Positions 6,039-17,307 of a stretch of 39,304 nucleotides of DNA are shown here, piece by piece. Each line of letters begins with the position of its first letter. Positions within the stretch are counted from its first letter, which is position 1. The stretch comes from a virus (Duplodnaviria > Caudoviricetes): positions 1 through 39,304 of the IMG/VR virus record IMGVR_UViG_3300016657_000039; one strand, given 5' to 3'. A model generated the notes under the pieces. The model was not told the DNA's origin. It searched no databases and saw only the letters and a program-made list of their open reading frames with translations. A program made the translations under genes and the position numbers.

Positions 6039-6509
6039 TTATTTTTTTGTTAATAAATAGTAAATAGGTATGGAAATTGTTAATCCTAACCAAATTATAT
6101 AAGCAAATATAATATTAATAAATAATTTTCTTTTTGATTTTATTAAATTATTTCTATATTCTTTGTCGCACTTTAATCTATCTTTTAAATAAGTTTTTAG
6201 ACTTGTTTTGTCAGCTACAATACAATCGTAATCGTGTTGCATTGCTGTTGCTGATAAACCATTAATTGTATAACAATCACCTATTATTGTAGCTCCGTCA
6301 AATTGGAATACACTAGGAAAATTAACAAAAGCATCAAATGAATGTAAAATATTTTTTATTTCATTTGGTTTAAATCCTTTATTAGCTAAAGTTAAAGATA
6401 ACAAATGTCTGTCATCTGATAACTTTTCCCTATCTTGACTAAAATAAGTGCTTTTAGATAACTTCATTTTAACGTAAATAAAAGCTAAAAATAAAATTAC
6501 ATATATCAT
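6039..6509 (-). CDS. Hypothetical membrane-anchored protein (DUF1353-like DGAT...HD motif)
   Basis: FDGAT...AMQHDY...CD pattern; hydrophobic termini. Confidence 0.5.
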   Translation of the reverse strand: MIYVILFLAFIYVKMKLSKSTYFSQDREKLSDDRHLLSLTLANKGFKPNEIKNILHSFDAFVNFPSVFQFDGATIIGDCYTINGLSATAMQHDYDCIVADKTSLKTYLKDRLKCDKEYRNNLIKSKRKLFINIIFAYIIWLGLTISIPIYYLLTKK

Positions 6510-7132
6510 ATTGAATCAAGTTGAGTTAAAAAAACATCTAATTCCTCAATAGTTAATTGCGTTGGAATGTTTTTTGCTAAATTCAAACAAGCATTTGCAC
6601 GTTCATATTCATTTGCTAAAATCAAATCTTTTGTTTTACATCTAAATATTTCAATAGCAGTTTCAAATTTTTGCGAACGATATTCTCCAAGTTCAAATTG
6701 CTGTACTATAATTGCCATAAACACAGGAATAGTCAAACCATAATTAAAAATAGCATTGGTATTATTCATTTCTGTAACAATTGCATCATACCAAAATTGA
6801 TTATTTATCGTAGCATCAATTGTATATTGTTTTGCTACTTTGTATTTTTCTTTATATCGTGAAATTTGACCTTGTAAATACTTCTCCCCACCCTCTTTAC
6901 TTACACTTGAAATTAAAGCTCTATCTGTTAAATATTCACAAACAGCAACTAATTCAGATAGTTGAAAAGATTGTGCTTGTTGTGTGATTTCAGATTCTGT
7001 CGATTCAACATAAGTTACACCAACAACATCTTTATCGTTTAAATATTGTTGAAATTGTGGCGTACTATCGTCTAATGGTATTTCAACACCATCTAAATAT
7101 ATTTTACCTGTTAACTCTGAAATTATATACAT
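6506..7132 (-). CDS. Hypothetical protein, possible tail fibre assembly factor
   Basis: Position directly after the last tail gene. Confidence 0.5.
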   Translation of the reverse strand: MYIISELTGKIYLDGVEIPLDDSTPQFQQYLNDKDVVGVTYVESTESEITQQAQSFQLSELVAVCEYLTDRALISSVSKEGGEKYLQGQISRYKEKYKVAKQYTIDATINNQFWYDAIVTEMNNTNAIFNYGLTIPVFMAIIVQQFELGEYRSQKFETAIEIFRCKTKDLILANEYERANACLNLAKNIPTQLTIEELDVFLTQLDSI

Positions 7133-7133
7133 A

Positions 7134-8339
7134 TTAATAAGACTTTTTAACTAAATTATATTTACCAAATCTAATGTTTGTTGCTGTTCCGCTGTTTCTG
7201 TTGTTTCTATTTATAACAGGCAAAAGTACCCTCATCAAAATAGGCGTTTCTGTATATGGGAATGTATGCTCAATTGTAGCTCCTGTTACAATATTTGTAA
7301 GGGTCATTTTTATATATCTATCTGATTCAGTTTCTGTTTGAGGTGCTTCAATTCTTAATAAATAAGCATCTGTTGTTGTATGAGCTGGAAAAGATGAATT
7401 TGTAGCTACTTTAACATAACTTGCCGTTTGACCAGCTATAGCTACTCTATGAGCATAAAAAGATAAATTAGTATCTCCAACATCATTACCAACTCCGAAA
7501 AAATCCCCTGTAAAAGAAGATATTGCTAAATTTGGAATAGCAGAAGTTAAAGAGTAAAAACCTACAGTTGTCATGTGTTGATTATCTGTAGAGTTATTCG
7601 CAAACATAAAAAAAGCATCAAAACCTTGTCTAATAGTTCCATGAGAAACGTTGTTTTCTTTTAATCCAGCATTTTGACCCGTAGCTGTTGAAGTAACGTA
7701 ATTCTGTAAAGACAAAGAGCTATATAAACTTGTTCCAGCTCTAGGAACTAGAGACTGCGTACCACTTGACACAAGAACAGCCATATTCGTTGTAAATACA
7801 CCCCCTAAATCATAGCGAGCTTGTACGCTCATCCATTCTTTGTGCATGTTATCTTCTATAGTTGAATTACCACCAAACTCGCTAACTGCTACTTTTTTAA
7901 ATCCTGTTCCATCGTCAATTAAAGCTAATTCTGTACCAGCTAATGGAGTAGTTGCTGAAGTGTAAGTTGAAATGTCGTTTGACAAAACTTCGCTTTCTTT
8001 TACGAATTTATCAGTTTCAGCATTTGCAAATTCACTCAAATCATAACTTGCTGGATTAAAAGTAAATTCTCCATCAACGTAAAACGCTGGATATTTTAAC
8101 GCTTCTAAACGCAAAAACAAATCAGTAAAATTTGAAAACGTTTCAGCAGTTCCACCAATATCGTAAACTTCAATTTCAGATATTAAATATTTTCTTCTTT
8201 TAGCTCCATAAGTTTCAACAAGTAAAAACTCGTTATCTTCTTGTTTAGCGTAAAATTTAGTCAATATAAAATCTCCATCAACATTGCTGTTATGTTTCCA
8301 CGTTTTAGTGCTTAATTTTATTATTTTTAATAGTGCCAT
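7134..8339 (-). CDS. Putative tail fibre/receptor-binding protein
   Basis: Distal tail position; S/T/G-rich beta-type C-terminal domain. Confidence 0.55.
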   Translation of the reverse strand: MALLKIIKLSTKTWKHNSNVDGDFILTKFYAKQEDNEFLLVETYGAKRRKYLISEIEVYDIGGTAETFSNFTDLFLRLEALKYPAFYVDGEFTFNPASYDLSEFANAETDKFVKESEVLSNDISTYTSATTPLAGTELALIDDGTGFKKVAVSEFGGNSTIEDNMHKEWMSVQARYDLGGVFTTNMAVLVSSGTQSLVPRAGTSLYSSLSLQNYVTSTATGQNAGLKENNVSHGTIRQGFDAFFMFANNSTDNQHMTTVGFYSLTSAIPNLAISSFTGDFFGVGNDVGDTNLSFYAHRVAIAGQTASYVKVATNSSFPAHTTTDAYLLRIEAPQTETESDRYIKMTLTNIVTGATIEHTFPYTETPILMRVLLPVINRNNRNSGTATNIRFGKYNLVKKSY

Positions 8340-8341
8340 TG

Positions 8342-9340
8342 TTATACGCCTTTATGAACTCGTGTTACTTGTAAATATCTGTTTGAAATTGTTATAGCCA
8401 CATTTGGATTAACAAAAAATTCAGCTCCGTATGTATAAAAATCCGTTTCAACAGGCAAATTAAAAGAAACAGCCACATAGTTTGTTTCTCCTGTTGGTTC
8501 TAATATGCTAAAACTTTGCGCTCTATAAACAACTCCGTTAACTTTTAGTTTTACACTTAAATAGTCAGTTGTACCAGCTGGACTTGGAAATGTAAAAACA
8601 AAATCTACAGCTAATGCGTCGCCCATTTTAATAGGTATTATTTTGCCTACACTATTCATTAAAGTTAAATTTCCATTACTTGCGTCTGTTCCTGTAAAAG
8701 AAATTAAATTATCAGTATTAGCTGTTAAATTTTGAGTGTTAGTTGTATCAACTTTACTTTGCCATCCTGTTAATTGTTCTAAAGGCTCGTAATAATCAAT
8801 TACACCACCATAATTGCATTGAAAACAAGTAAAATATAATTCAATATTAGGGTTTGGTGTTCCAACACTTGGCTTTTCAACTTCAAATGCAAAATTAACA
8901 ACATCTCCTAAATTTAAACTAAAACTTTGTGCTAATCTTATATCATTGCTATATGATTCTAAATTAACATTATTTATAAATGTATGTGTTAATATTGAAT
9001 TTATATATACTTTTAATTTTACATCAACGTTATATGGTAACACAGCGTTAATATCCCCTTGCATTAAATAAAATGAAAAAGTATGCGAGCCTGTTTTTTT
9101 AGTTGTAAATTCTAAAGCATCGCCAAAATCAAATTGAGCATAAACTCCATCAACTACATTTTGAAATAAAGTAGTTTTAAATGATTTTGCGTTTATATTT
9201 ACTTGTGCTTCGCTTGTTATTTCGTAATTACTTGAAACTCCTTCAGCCGAAAAACTAATAGTTGGATTATCTTTTAAAAGTGATTTATAATTTAAAAGAT
9301 TAATGTTTTGATTAGCTTGTATGTTTATTAAATTTGCCAT
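8342..9340 (-). CDS. Putative minor tail/structural protein
   Basis: Tail module synteny; beta-rich composition. Confidence 0.55.
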   Translation of the reverse strand: MANLINIQANQNINLLNYKSLLKDNPTISFSAEGVSSNYEITSEAQVNINAKSFKTTLFQNVVDGVYAQFDFGDALEFTTKKTGSHTFSFYLMQGDINAVLPYNVDVKLKVYINSILTHTFINNVNLESYSNDIRLAQSFSLNLGDVVNFAFEVEKPSVGTPNPNIELYFTCFQCNYGGVIDYYEPLEQLTGWQSKVDTTNTQNLTANTDNLISFTGTDASNGNLTLMNSVGKIIPIKMGDALAVDFVFTFPSPAGTTDYLSVKLKVNGVVYRAQSFSILEPTGETNYVAVSFNLPVETDFYTYGAEFFVNPNVAITISNRYLQVTRVHKGV

Positions 9341-9780
9341 TAGTTTAAAGATTGATATGTTTGATTAATTACTACTATTTCATCTACACCTATTGAGCTA
9401 ACTAAAGTTAAAGCATCAACATTTAAAGAAAATTCTACATTACAATTTGAGTTACTTCCTATTAAAGTATATGTTGTATAAGGGTCAAATTCAGCTGTAG
9501 TTATCTCTAAAACATCTTCAACACCTCCTAAAATAGAACCACTAACATTTTGAATCGTTCCGTAAATATGTATATTTCTTGCTGTTTTTGTAAATTGCAA
9601 AGAATACTCAAAATTAGCACTCAAAGAAGTAGCTACATTTGTAGTTGCTTGAGTATCTAAAATAGGTGTTGGGTAAATATTATTTAAAAGTGTATCAAAA
9701 GCATTTCTCACTTTTGTTACTGTTACAATTGCGGTTATAAATCCGTTTATTGTACTTGTTATACTTGTTTTTGTTGCCAT
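9340..9780 (-). CDS. Putative minor tail protein
   Basis: Tail module synteny. Confidence 0.55.
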   Translation of the reverse strand: MATKTSITSTINGFITAIVTVTKVRNAFDTLLNNIYPTPILDTQATTNVATSLSANFEYSLQFTKTARNIHIYGTIQNVSGSILGGVEDVLEITTAEFDPYTTYTLIGSNSNCNVEFSLNVDALTLVSSIGVDEIVVINQTYQSLN

Positions 9781-9785
9781 ATTAT

Positions 9786-10934
9786 TTAATTTACTAAAAA
9801 TTCTGTGTTATCAAATTCTGTATTGTCAAATTCGCCATCTACAATGCTAAATTTCCATACTTCCTTATCTGTTATACCTATTTCTTGAACGCTGTTTATT
9901 AAATTACTGTCAAATAAGAAATAATAATTTCCATTTGTTAAAGTTGGTAACGTAAATTCAAAATAATTACCAGTTACAGAAATTACCAATTCATTTAATA
10001 AAGCATCAGTATCATAATTGTACAGTTTTAACGTGCCACTACCAAAAGTTATAGGATAGTTAAAAGTTGCTTTTCCTAAAGTTGGTATAGTGTCAAGAGT
10101 ATAAAAAGACAAAGGTATTAGCTCTGTATATTCTAATTGCGGTGCTATTTGGAACGTATCTAAATAAGTTTCATCTTCTATTAATTGGCATTTAAAATTA
10201 GCGTCGAAAATATTTGATTTTCCTTTACGCTCTTCGGCTGTTAACGTTTCTAATATTTCAGCTTTTACGCCATTAATATAAACTAAATCATTTTCTAATG
10301 CAACCGCTAAACTTTTATATACATTTGTGTTTATATCTTCTAAATCAAAAGTATATTCAAACGATTGTATAACTCTGCTTTTGCGTATCTTGCCATTTAC
10401 CTCTGTATATACTTTACTATCTTTTTTCTCTGATATTGCGTTAAAATATCCGTATAATCTAATACTTTGGTAAAAATCAGCTAAAACATAGTTTGTTCCT
10501 TTGTATTCTCTATAACTTTTATAATCAAGTCTAAAAGTGTCTTTTTCAGATTCAGCAGTTAAAAAGAATCCGTTTGAATATAAAACTAATGTACTTGTAG
10601 TATGAGTGAATTTTAAGTATAAACGCTCAAAATAAAAATCTTCGTTTATAGGTAAAATCTCAAAAGATATTTGATAAATTCCGTTATTATCTTGGAACTC
10701 GTGAATATAAACATTTGAAGTAATGTCTTTTAAAACTGAACCACTACAATTAATAAGCTCAACTTTGTAACTTTCGTCAAATGCAATTGAAGTGCTTGAA
10801 TTTGTTGTTTGTAGATACGTTTCTTGTGGGTGCAAGCAAATACCCCCATTATAGAAGTATTCACTTTCAACCATCATATCACTTTTAGCTCGGTTAAAAT
10901 CTGTGTCTAACCTTAAAAAACTATAATCTGCCAT
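9786..10934 (-). CDS. Putative tail/baseplate protein with C-terminal Ig-like region
   Basis: Synteny; TFNYPITFGSGTLKLY...YYFLFD resembles an Ig-like (Big) strand pattern. Confidence 0.55.
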   Translation of the reverse strand: MADYSFLRLDTDFNRAKSDMMVESEYFYNGGICLHPQETYLQTTNSSTSIAFDESYKVELINCSGSVLKDITSNVYIHEFQDNNGIYQISFEILPINEDFYFERLYLKFTHTTSTLVLYSNGFFLTAESEKDTFRLDYKSYREYKGTNYVLADFYQSIRLYGYFNAISEKKDSKVYTEVNGKIRKSRVIQSFEYTFDLEDINTNVYKSLAVALENDLVYINGVKAEILETLTAEERKGKSNIFDANFKCQLIEDETYLDTFQIAPQLEYTELIPLSFYTLDTIPTLGKATFNYPITFGSGTLKLYNYDTDALLNELVISVTGNYFEFTLPTLTNGNYYFLFDSNLINSVQEIGITDKEVWKFSIVDGEFDNTEFDNTEFLVN

Positions 10935-10952
10935 ATTTTAAATTCTTTGTCA

Positions 10953-13685
10953 TCAAGACAATAAATCAATTGCTATTGCTAACTCGTCTACACTATCATA
11001 AACAACTCCGTTTAATCTAACTTGGTTGTATTTTGTACGATTACACAAAAATACATTATTTTCGTCAAAGAATTGTATAAAATCATTAAAAATATTGTAT
11101 CTTTTTTCTGTAAACGTTTTCGTACTATATCCTACCTCATTAATAGTAAATATTCCACCGCTAAAAACAATATCTAAAAAGTCGCTTTCGTTGCGTTCTT
11201 CAAGCTCAAAAGAAAGCTCTTCATATTTCCAAAGACTATCTAATTTTTTAACGTAACCTTTTACGATTCTTCCGTTTTGGTCTTGAATCCTAACAAATCC
11301 CCCTATTGTATTGTCTGCATTTATAGTTTGTAAGCCATTAAGCAATTGTTTAACTCTATCAAATGAAGCGGTTACAGTTGTTTTAATAATGTTTTGAGAA
11401 AGTATTTTTTGCTCTGCAATATCACTAATAACTATTGGTTCATTTTCTCCTACTATTTCGGCATCGTCTGTAAATTTAGTTTTACAACTTCCGTTTGCTT
11501 TAAAATAGCTGTTTGTTATTTCTTTATTTGGTATAAATTTTCCAGCCGTTGCAAGATAAGGATTCCAATACTTAACATTGTGCTTAATAGAATAACGTAA
11601 ATTTCCGTAAACATCAGCATTAAGTAGATTTTCGCTAAAAGTTAAACCCTCATTTGTTCTAATTGTGTACTGAACGTTTGTAAGTGGATAATCAATTGTG
11701 AAAACTTCCTCGCCTTGTGCGTCACTACCAGACCATTGTAAAGTTAATAACGTATTGGTTATTTCTAAAACTAAATAATCTACACCATTAACTTTTATAG
11801 TATTGCCAACGTTAAAACCTAATAAATTCCAGCTAAAAGATTCATTTGCCAACAATTTAAAAGTGTTATCATCGTCGCTTTGTTGATACTTTAAAACTGC
11901 TGTAAAACTATCTCTACTATTTGGAGCAAGTTCTATAACATCAAAAATAAATGTTGTATCGTCGTCAATATCAGCACTTGTATTGTTTGTTGCTCTTCTT
12001 CTTAAAAATTCAGCTAAATGATGGTCACGTGTAAAAGGCAAAGTTATTTTCTTTTCGTTTTGACTTTTGTTATTTGGAACGTACCATTCGCTATCTGTAT
12101 GAATTGCATCTAAAGTGTTTGCCTCGTCGTTATCTTTTTGGTATTTTTTATATCCAAACGTAAACTTATTAATTAAATAACGCTCATTCTTTTCAATTGT
12201 AAAATCTTTGTCAGGTGCAATGATAAAACCGCCCAAATCAACATTTGAATAAAAGTCTGTGTATTGTCCTATGTAGTTATTTTCTTCGTTTACTTGACTA
12301 TCTGCACAAAACTCTTCTAAACTTTCTAATGTATCGGTTAATTCTAAATAAAACGGCTCGTTTGTTATTTGGCGTATTAGTTTACCATTAAAACAAAAAT
12401 TGTTATAAAATTGTCCTCCAACATCAAATTTAGGCGCAATAACAGGAGTTGCTCCGATTGCTTTATAGTTTTGTTTTATTAAATCTATGTAACGTGTTGC
12501 ATCAATAACAGAAGATATTCCGACACTTGTTCCTTTTATTGATATTTTACCGCTTACCATAACAGCAACAACTGTATAATTAGCTAAACTATTAGTATTT
12601 GTTTGATTAAAAGTTGCCTCTGAATATGGTTCTAAATATATCCATACTCTCATTCCTCTTTGTAATAATGGAATATTAGCCGTAAATGAAGTAGGCAAAT
12701 ATTCAATTGGTGTGCTATGTACAAATCCAAAGTCTTTTTGATATAAAACAATAGTTGTTAAATCGTTACCTAATCCATCATCATAACCATACTTAATTAC
12801 AAATTTTACATAACCGCTACCGCTCAAAACAATATTTGTAAAAAAATCTGTTTTATATTGTTCTGTATATGCTACTAAATCTGTTATGTTTATTACAACA
12901 TCTTTTAATTCATTTTCAGCCTCTAAATAAGTAAAATTTAAACCATCGTTTGGGAATCCAAAACTATTTAATGCATATCTATTATCAATAAAAGAAAGTG
13001 TATTATTAATTTCCCATGATAAAGTGTTGTTAATATTGTTTGCTCCACTTCTGTCAGTTTGTCCAGTATGCGTTCCTGTACCAGTTGGTAATGGTGGCTC
13101 AATATCTCTAGTTGTTGAAAAACATCCTGCAGTATTTGTGTTATTTTCCCATTTAGATAATTGCGTAATTGGTTTAGCCTTCATAAACAACTTTTGCGTT
13201 GTTATCGGAGCTATTGTATTATCGTCTAAATCTTTTGTTGCAAAAGCATCTATTTTAACTTTTTCTCTACGTTTTATTTTAGCTTGCTCTAAATTTTGTA
13301 TAACTTTTAATTCTATATACGTTAAATCATCTGTTTTAGCTGTGCCAAAATCTAACTCAAATAATAAAAATTCAGTTCCAAATTGTAATTTCCAATATAC
13401 AACCGCTTCACTGCCTAATTCCTTGTTAATCTGTAGTAGTAAGTCTAAACCGCTGTTTTTGTGGCGTAAAACCATGCCATTATTAAGCACACGTTCAACA
13501 GCTAAAGGTTCGCCTATTTCATTACCAAAGTATAAAGATATTTCTTCATTACCTTTGTAAATATCACGCCCCCATTTTTTATTATCTTGCTCAACAATGA
13601 AACTTGAAGCATCAAAGTTTATAGGCTCTAATACTTCAATCTCTTCATCGTTAATAATTAAATAATGTTTAAAATTATAATCCAT
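10953..13685 (-). CDS. Large tail tip/hub protein (910 aa)
   Basis: Immediately downstream of the tape measure gene. Confidence 0.6.
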   Translation of the reverse strand: MDYNFKHYLIINDEEIEVLEPINFDASSFIVEQDNKKWGRDIYKGNEEISLYFGNEIGEPLAVERVLNNGMVLRHKNSGLDLLLQINKELGSEAVVYWKLQFGTEFLLFELDFGTAKTDDLTYIELKVIQNLEQAKIKRREKVKIDAFATKDLDDNTIAPITTQKLFMKAKPITQLSKWENNTNTAGCFSTTRDIEPPLPTGTGTHTGQTDRSGANNINNTLSWEINNTLSFIDNRYALNSFGFPNDGLNFTYLEAENELKDVVINITDLVAYTEQYKTDFFTNIVLSGSGYVKFVIKYGYDDGLGNDLTTIVLYQKDFGFVHSTPIEYLPTSFTANIPLLQRGMRVWIYLEPYSEATFNQTNTNSLANYTVVAVMVSGKISIKGTSVGISSVIDATRYIDLIKQNYKAIGATPVIAPKFDVGGQFYNNFCFNGKLIRQITNEPFYLELTDTLESLEEFCADSQVNEENNYIGQYTDFYSNVDLGGFIIAPDKDFTIEKNERYLINKFTFGYKKYQKDNDEANTLDAIHTDSEWYVPNNKSQNEKKITLPFTRDHHLAEFLRRRATNNTSADIDDDTTFIFDVIELAPNSRDSFTAVLKYQQSDDDNTFKLLANESFSWNLLGFNVGNTIKVNGVDYLVLEITNTLLTLQWSGSDAQGEEVFTIDYPLTNVQYTIRTNEGLTFSENLLNADVYGNLRYSIKHNVKYWNPYLATAGKFIPNKEITNSYFKANGSCKTKFTDDAEIVGENEPIVISDIAEQKILSQNIIKTTVTASFDRVKQLLNGLQTINADNTIGGFVRIQDQNGRIVKGYVKKLDSLWKYEELSFELEERNESDFLDIVFSGGIFTINEVGYSTKTFTEKRYNIFNDFIQFFDENNVFLCNRTKYNQVRLNGVVYDSVDELAIAIDLLS

Positions 13686-16492
13686 TATACTTGTCTACTT
13701 TTTAAATTTAAACGGCTGTTTATAAATTCTGTGTTGCCTTGTTTTTTTCTAAAACCTCTTTCGTCAATAGAAATATTAACACCATCTTTATTTTTTATCA
13801 CGCTTGCTAATTTACTAAAATTTTGCTCTAAATCCTCTTTTGTTATTCCGTTATTTACAATATCATTTTTAGGCATAAAATTCATATAACTACCTAAGTC
13901 ACTTATTCCGTTTTTAGATAACACTTTATTAATGTAATCTTCGTGCGATTTATACACCTTATCTCCTTTTGATAAATAAGTCAATTGCGCACCTTTGTCG
14001 CTTCCTAAAGTTTTAACATTTCCGTTTTTATCTGTAATTACTTCGGCTCCTTTTTCTTGTGTCCACGCTAAACCTTCTGGAGCGTTATCTGTACCTTTCC
14101 AGAATTGTGGTATTTCTTGACTCGCAACTAATCCAGCTTGAACCGCTCCAATAACTCCAACAGCAATAGATAATGGAATGTTTGGTAAAGCCGAAACAAC
14201 TGCTTGAGCTGTATTTATCAAAATATTAAAAATTGCTAAACGTTTTTGAGCTTCGGCTTCTCTTCTTTGTATTGCTTTTTTACGTTCGTCATATTGTCTG
14301 TCTATTTCCTCTCTCGCTGTTGCTGAACCTCCAGCCATTTCAATAGCAAAATCTCTTTGTTTTTCTAAACGCTCATATTCAGCGTCAAAATTAGCTTGAC
14401 TTGCTTCAGATATTGTGTTAAACGCTTGTTGGAACGCTTCAGACATTGCTAATCCAACAACTTTTGCTTTTTCTTCTGCTGATTCAAATTTTTGATTAAG
14501 CAAATCCATAACTTTGAAAATTTCGCTAAATCCTGACCCACTTGCAAAACTATCGACAAAAGATTTAAAATATCCTTTTGAATCAAAAAAAGTTTCATTT
14601 AATTTTTCTTGTTTTCCTGTTAAAATATCAATATCAATCTGAACAGCCTCTAACAATCTTTGATAATGTTCCCATTGAGGATTTGTTGTTGCTAAACTTT
14701 TTTGTTGTTCTTGTATTTTTGATTTTAAATTCTCATAATAATCTAACGTTCCAAATTTAGGGTCTTGTACTGATTCCTGTTTCTTTTGTTCTCCATATAA
14801 TGCCTCATAAGCGTCTTTTAATAATTTTAATTGAAACTCTAATGCTCCGTATATTGGATTTAATTTAGACGTTGCATTTATTTGACCCTCTAAAGCTTGT
14901 ATGTTTTTTTCAAAAGCTATTTTGCTGTTTTTTTCTACTTTTATTAAATCTTCTTTTGCTTCTTTATTCTTTTTTGTTTTATCTGTATTTTCAACTACTA
15001 TGTCACTATATTTTGCATATTTATTTAATATTTCAAATAAAGTTTCGAGCTGTTCTTTTACTGCTAGAGTTTTCTTTTGGTAAACAATAGTAGATGATTC
15101 TTGTGCAACACCTTCTTTTTTTAATGTTTCGTTATATTTATTTACAGATGATTTTAATCCATCAACACTTGCCATATCCTCATCAGTTGCAAGTCTAAAT
15201 TTTTGTTTTGTCTTAGTTGTTTTTTGCAGTTGTTCATCATACATTTTATTAGAATCAGTAGCTTGTTTTTCTAATTGTATGTAGTCAAATTCAGCATCAA
15301 CTAATTCTTTTGTTGTTTCTGCAATTTTATCTTTAATAGCTAAAAACATAGCTCTTTTCATCAAAGCATCATTTAAACGATATTCTGCATTTGCTGTTTT
15401 TCCAGCTAATATTTCTTCTTTAGATAAATTACCTAAATAAGAAGGATAACGTGATTGCAATTCTTCAACAGCTTTAACTCTTTGCTTGTAACTTAATGAA
15501 ACATTTTTAGCTGTTTCCATTAATATTTTGCTTCTACTTATCTCAGAACTTGCATATTGAATTTGTTGCTGATAAGCTTGTCTTTCAGCGTTATTTTTAT
15601 CTTCTAATGCTTTTTTTTCCGCCTCTAATGCTTCTTTTTTAGCTTTTGAACCGCTAATTGAATCCCATAATTTAGGACCATAAATAGTAAGTAATGTAAC
15701 GCCAACACTCAATGCAGTTCCTATGCTAAAAAAAGCTCCAGCTATTTGACTTCCTAAAGATTGTATTGGTTTTCCTTGTGCTATTAATTCCTTATTAGCT
15801 TTTTTAATGTTATTTATTTCATCAAAAAGAATTGGCAAGTTATTTGATATAGCCATAAATCCAGTTTGAGCTGAATTTACAAAAGCTGGCATTTCTCTGC
15901 TTAACTGATTAATTGAATTACCTAATCCATTCCATCCTTTTGTATAATTCCCTACATTTCTTTGATTTTTTTGTATATCAGCGTCAACCTTTTTTAATGC
16001 TGTTTGATAAATATTTAATTCTGATGTAAGTTTATATAAATCAGCTTCTTCTCTTGCTGATAAAGTGTGACCGTAAGCTTTTTTTATTGCTAAATTATTG
16101 TAAGCCTCTGTTAACTGTTTAACTGTATTTTGTGTTTTATTATATAATCCACTTACCTTTATTATTTCATTTGTTTCTTTTAAATTATTTTTAGTAAATT
16201 TATCAAACGCTTGCTCTCTTTGTTTAGCAAGTTGTAACTCTTTTAATCTTGCTTGTTGTAATTGTTTTTCTGTTTGCTCTAATTTTTTAGTTGAAACAGA
16301 AACCGAATCCATTTTAGTTTTAATATCTGTTAAAGATTTTTGAAACTCACTTGGAACAACGCTAATTTTTTTATTATAAGCATCTACAGCAGTTGCACCT
16401 TCTTTTAAAAGGTTTATATTTTTATCAATAGTAGCGTTAAGTTTATTATAAACTACTTCTAAATCAACTAAATTACTTTTTATCTCTGCCAT
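13685..16492 (-). CDS. Tail tape measure protein
   Basis: 935 aa, coiled-coil rich; QRNVGNY motif; C-terminal FWKGT...EKGAEVI. Confidence 0.85.
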   Translation of the reverse strand: MAEIKSNLVDLEVVYNKLNATIDKNINLLKEGATAVDAYNKKISVVPSEFQKSLTDIKTKMDSVSVSTKKLEQTEKQLQQARLKELQLAKQREQAFDKFTKNNLKETNEIIKVSGLYNKTQNTVKQLTEAYNNLAIKKAYGHTLSAREEADLYKLTSELNIYQTALKKVDADIQKNQRNVGNYTKGWNGLGNSINQLSREMPAFVNSAQTGFMAISNNLPILFDEINNIKKANKELIAQGKPIQSLGSQIAGAFFSIGTALSVGVTLLTIYGPKLWDSISGSKAKKEALEAEKKALEDKNNAERQAYQQQIQYASSEISRSKILMETAKNVSLSYKQRVKAVEELQSRYPSYLGNLSKEEILAGKTANAEYRLNDALMKRAMFLAIKDKIAETTKELVDAEFDYIQLEKQATDSNKMYDEQLQKTTKTKQKFRLATDEDMASVDGLKSSVNKYNETLKKEGVAQESSTIVYQKKTLAVKEQLETLFEILNKYAKYSDIVVENTDKTKKNKEAKEDLIKVEKNSKIAFEKNIQALEGQINATSKLNPIYGALEFQLKLLKDAYEALYGEQKKQESVQDPKFGTLDYYENLKSKIQEQQKSLATTNPQWEHYQRLLEAVQIDIDILTGKQEKLNETFFDSKGYFKSFVDSFASGSGFSEIFKVMDLLNQKFESAEEKAKVVGLAMSEAFQQAFNTISEASQANFDAEYERLEKQRDFAIEMAGGSATAREEIDRQYDERKKAIQRREAEAQKRLAIFNILINTAQAVVSALPNIPLSIAVGVIGAVQAGLVASQEIPQFWKGTDNAPEGLAWTQEKGAEVITDKNGNVKTLGSDKGAQLTYLSKGDKVYKSHEDYINKVLSKNGISDLGSYMNFMPKNDIVNNGITKEDLEQNFSKLASVIKNKDGVNISIDERGFRKKQGNTEFINSRLNLKSRQV

Positions 16493-17234
16493 GATTTTCT
16501 GCTCTTTTTTTACTTATTTCTTGTGCTAAATTTATATAACCTATCCATTTTAGAACATTTGTACTTCTTGTGTCTATTACATACCCTAAAACTTGCTGAA
16601 CATCTACAACTTGCTTTTCAAAAGTGTATGTTTTTTGCTCAAATTCTTTGTCATTTTCTCCAAATTTACGCTTGTAAGTCGTTTCATTTGATACTATTAA
16701 CTTTTGAATTATAGCTATATTTTCATCAATTGTATTAAATTTATCAAACTTTATGTACTTTGATATTATTTTAACGCAATCGTATATTTCATTTTCTTTT
16801 TTTATAGGTTCTTTTATAATTGCATAATTTCTTTTAATTGAAACTAAAGTATTAATGCAATCAGTAAGAATCATAATCTTTGCCGATAATTGTATTTTTT
16901 CTTGTGTTTCTTTTAGGTTGTTTTTAGCAAATTGATTGTCTAATTGAGCAAAATAATCGTCATACAACTCTATAAATTTGCTATGTAAGGCGTTATTTTC
17001 TGCTTTGTTATACTTTGTATCAAATGAATGATTTTTATCTAATAAAAACACGTTTTGTGTCTTTAAAATTTCATTCCATAACTCAATATTTATTTGGCTT
17101 AAATTCTGATATATGGAAATATTCACTTGGTTTTTCTTTAGCGTAAATCTCTGAAAAATATTCTTTTCTTGTAATCTTCCAAACGCTCGATTCATTTTGT
17201 CTATATACGTAATATTCTGTTCCGTTTTTGTCAT
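16473..17234 (-). CDS. Putative tail assembly chaperone-region protein (true start possibly GTG at 17126)
   Basis: Precedes the tape measure; the called N-terminus overlaps ORF 17083-17316 by ~150 nt. Confidence 0.55.
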   Translation of the reverse strand: MTKTEQNITYIDKMNRAFGRLQEKNIFQRFTLKKNQVNISIYQNLSQINIELWNEILKTQNVFLLDKNHSFDTKYNKAENNALHSKFIELYDDYFAQLDNQFAKNNLKETQEKIQLSAKIMILTDCINTLVSIKRNYAIIKEPIKKENEIYDCVKIISKYIKFDKFNTIDENIAIIQKLIVSNETTYKRKFGENDKEFEQKTYTFEKQVVDVQQVLGYVIDTRSTNVLKWIGYINLAQEISKKRAENHGRDKK

Positions 17235-17307
17235 AATTCTGTTTTTTTCTTCTTACTATTGCATCAAATGAACCATCAAATTGACTGCCACACGTTAAAC
17301 AACTCAT
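17083..17307 (-). CDS. Hypothetical protein (MSCLTCG...)
   Basis: ATG overlaps the TGA of the upstream gene (ATGA). Confidence 0.55.
   Translation of the reverse strand: MSCLTCGSQFDGSFDAIVRRKKQNYDKNGTEYYVYRQNESSVWKITRKEYFSEIYAKEKPSEYFHISEFKPNKY

Noticed and set aside
13024-13560. Antisense ORFs overlapping real genes (e.g. 1367-1549, 2787-2981, 13024-13560, 19995-20300, 21259-21765, 34517-34780, 35367-35627)
   Set aside because: Antisense shadows of well-supported genes, with no start context or protein motifs
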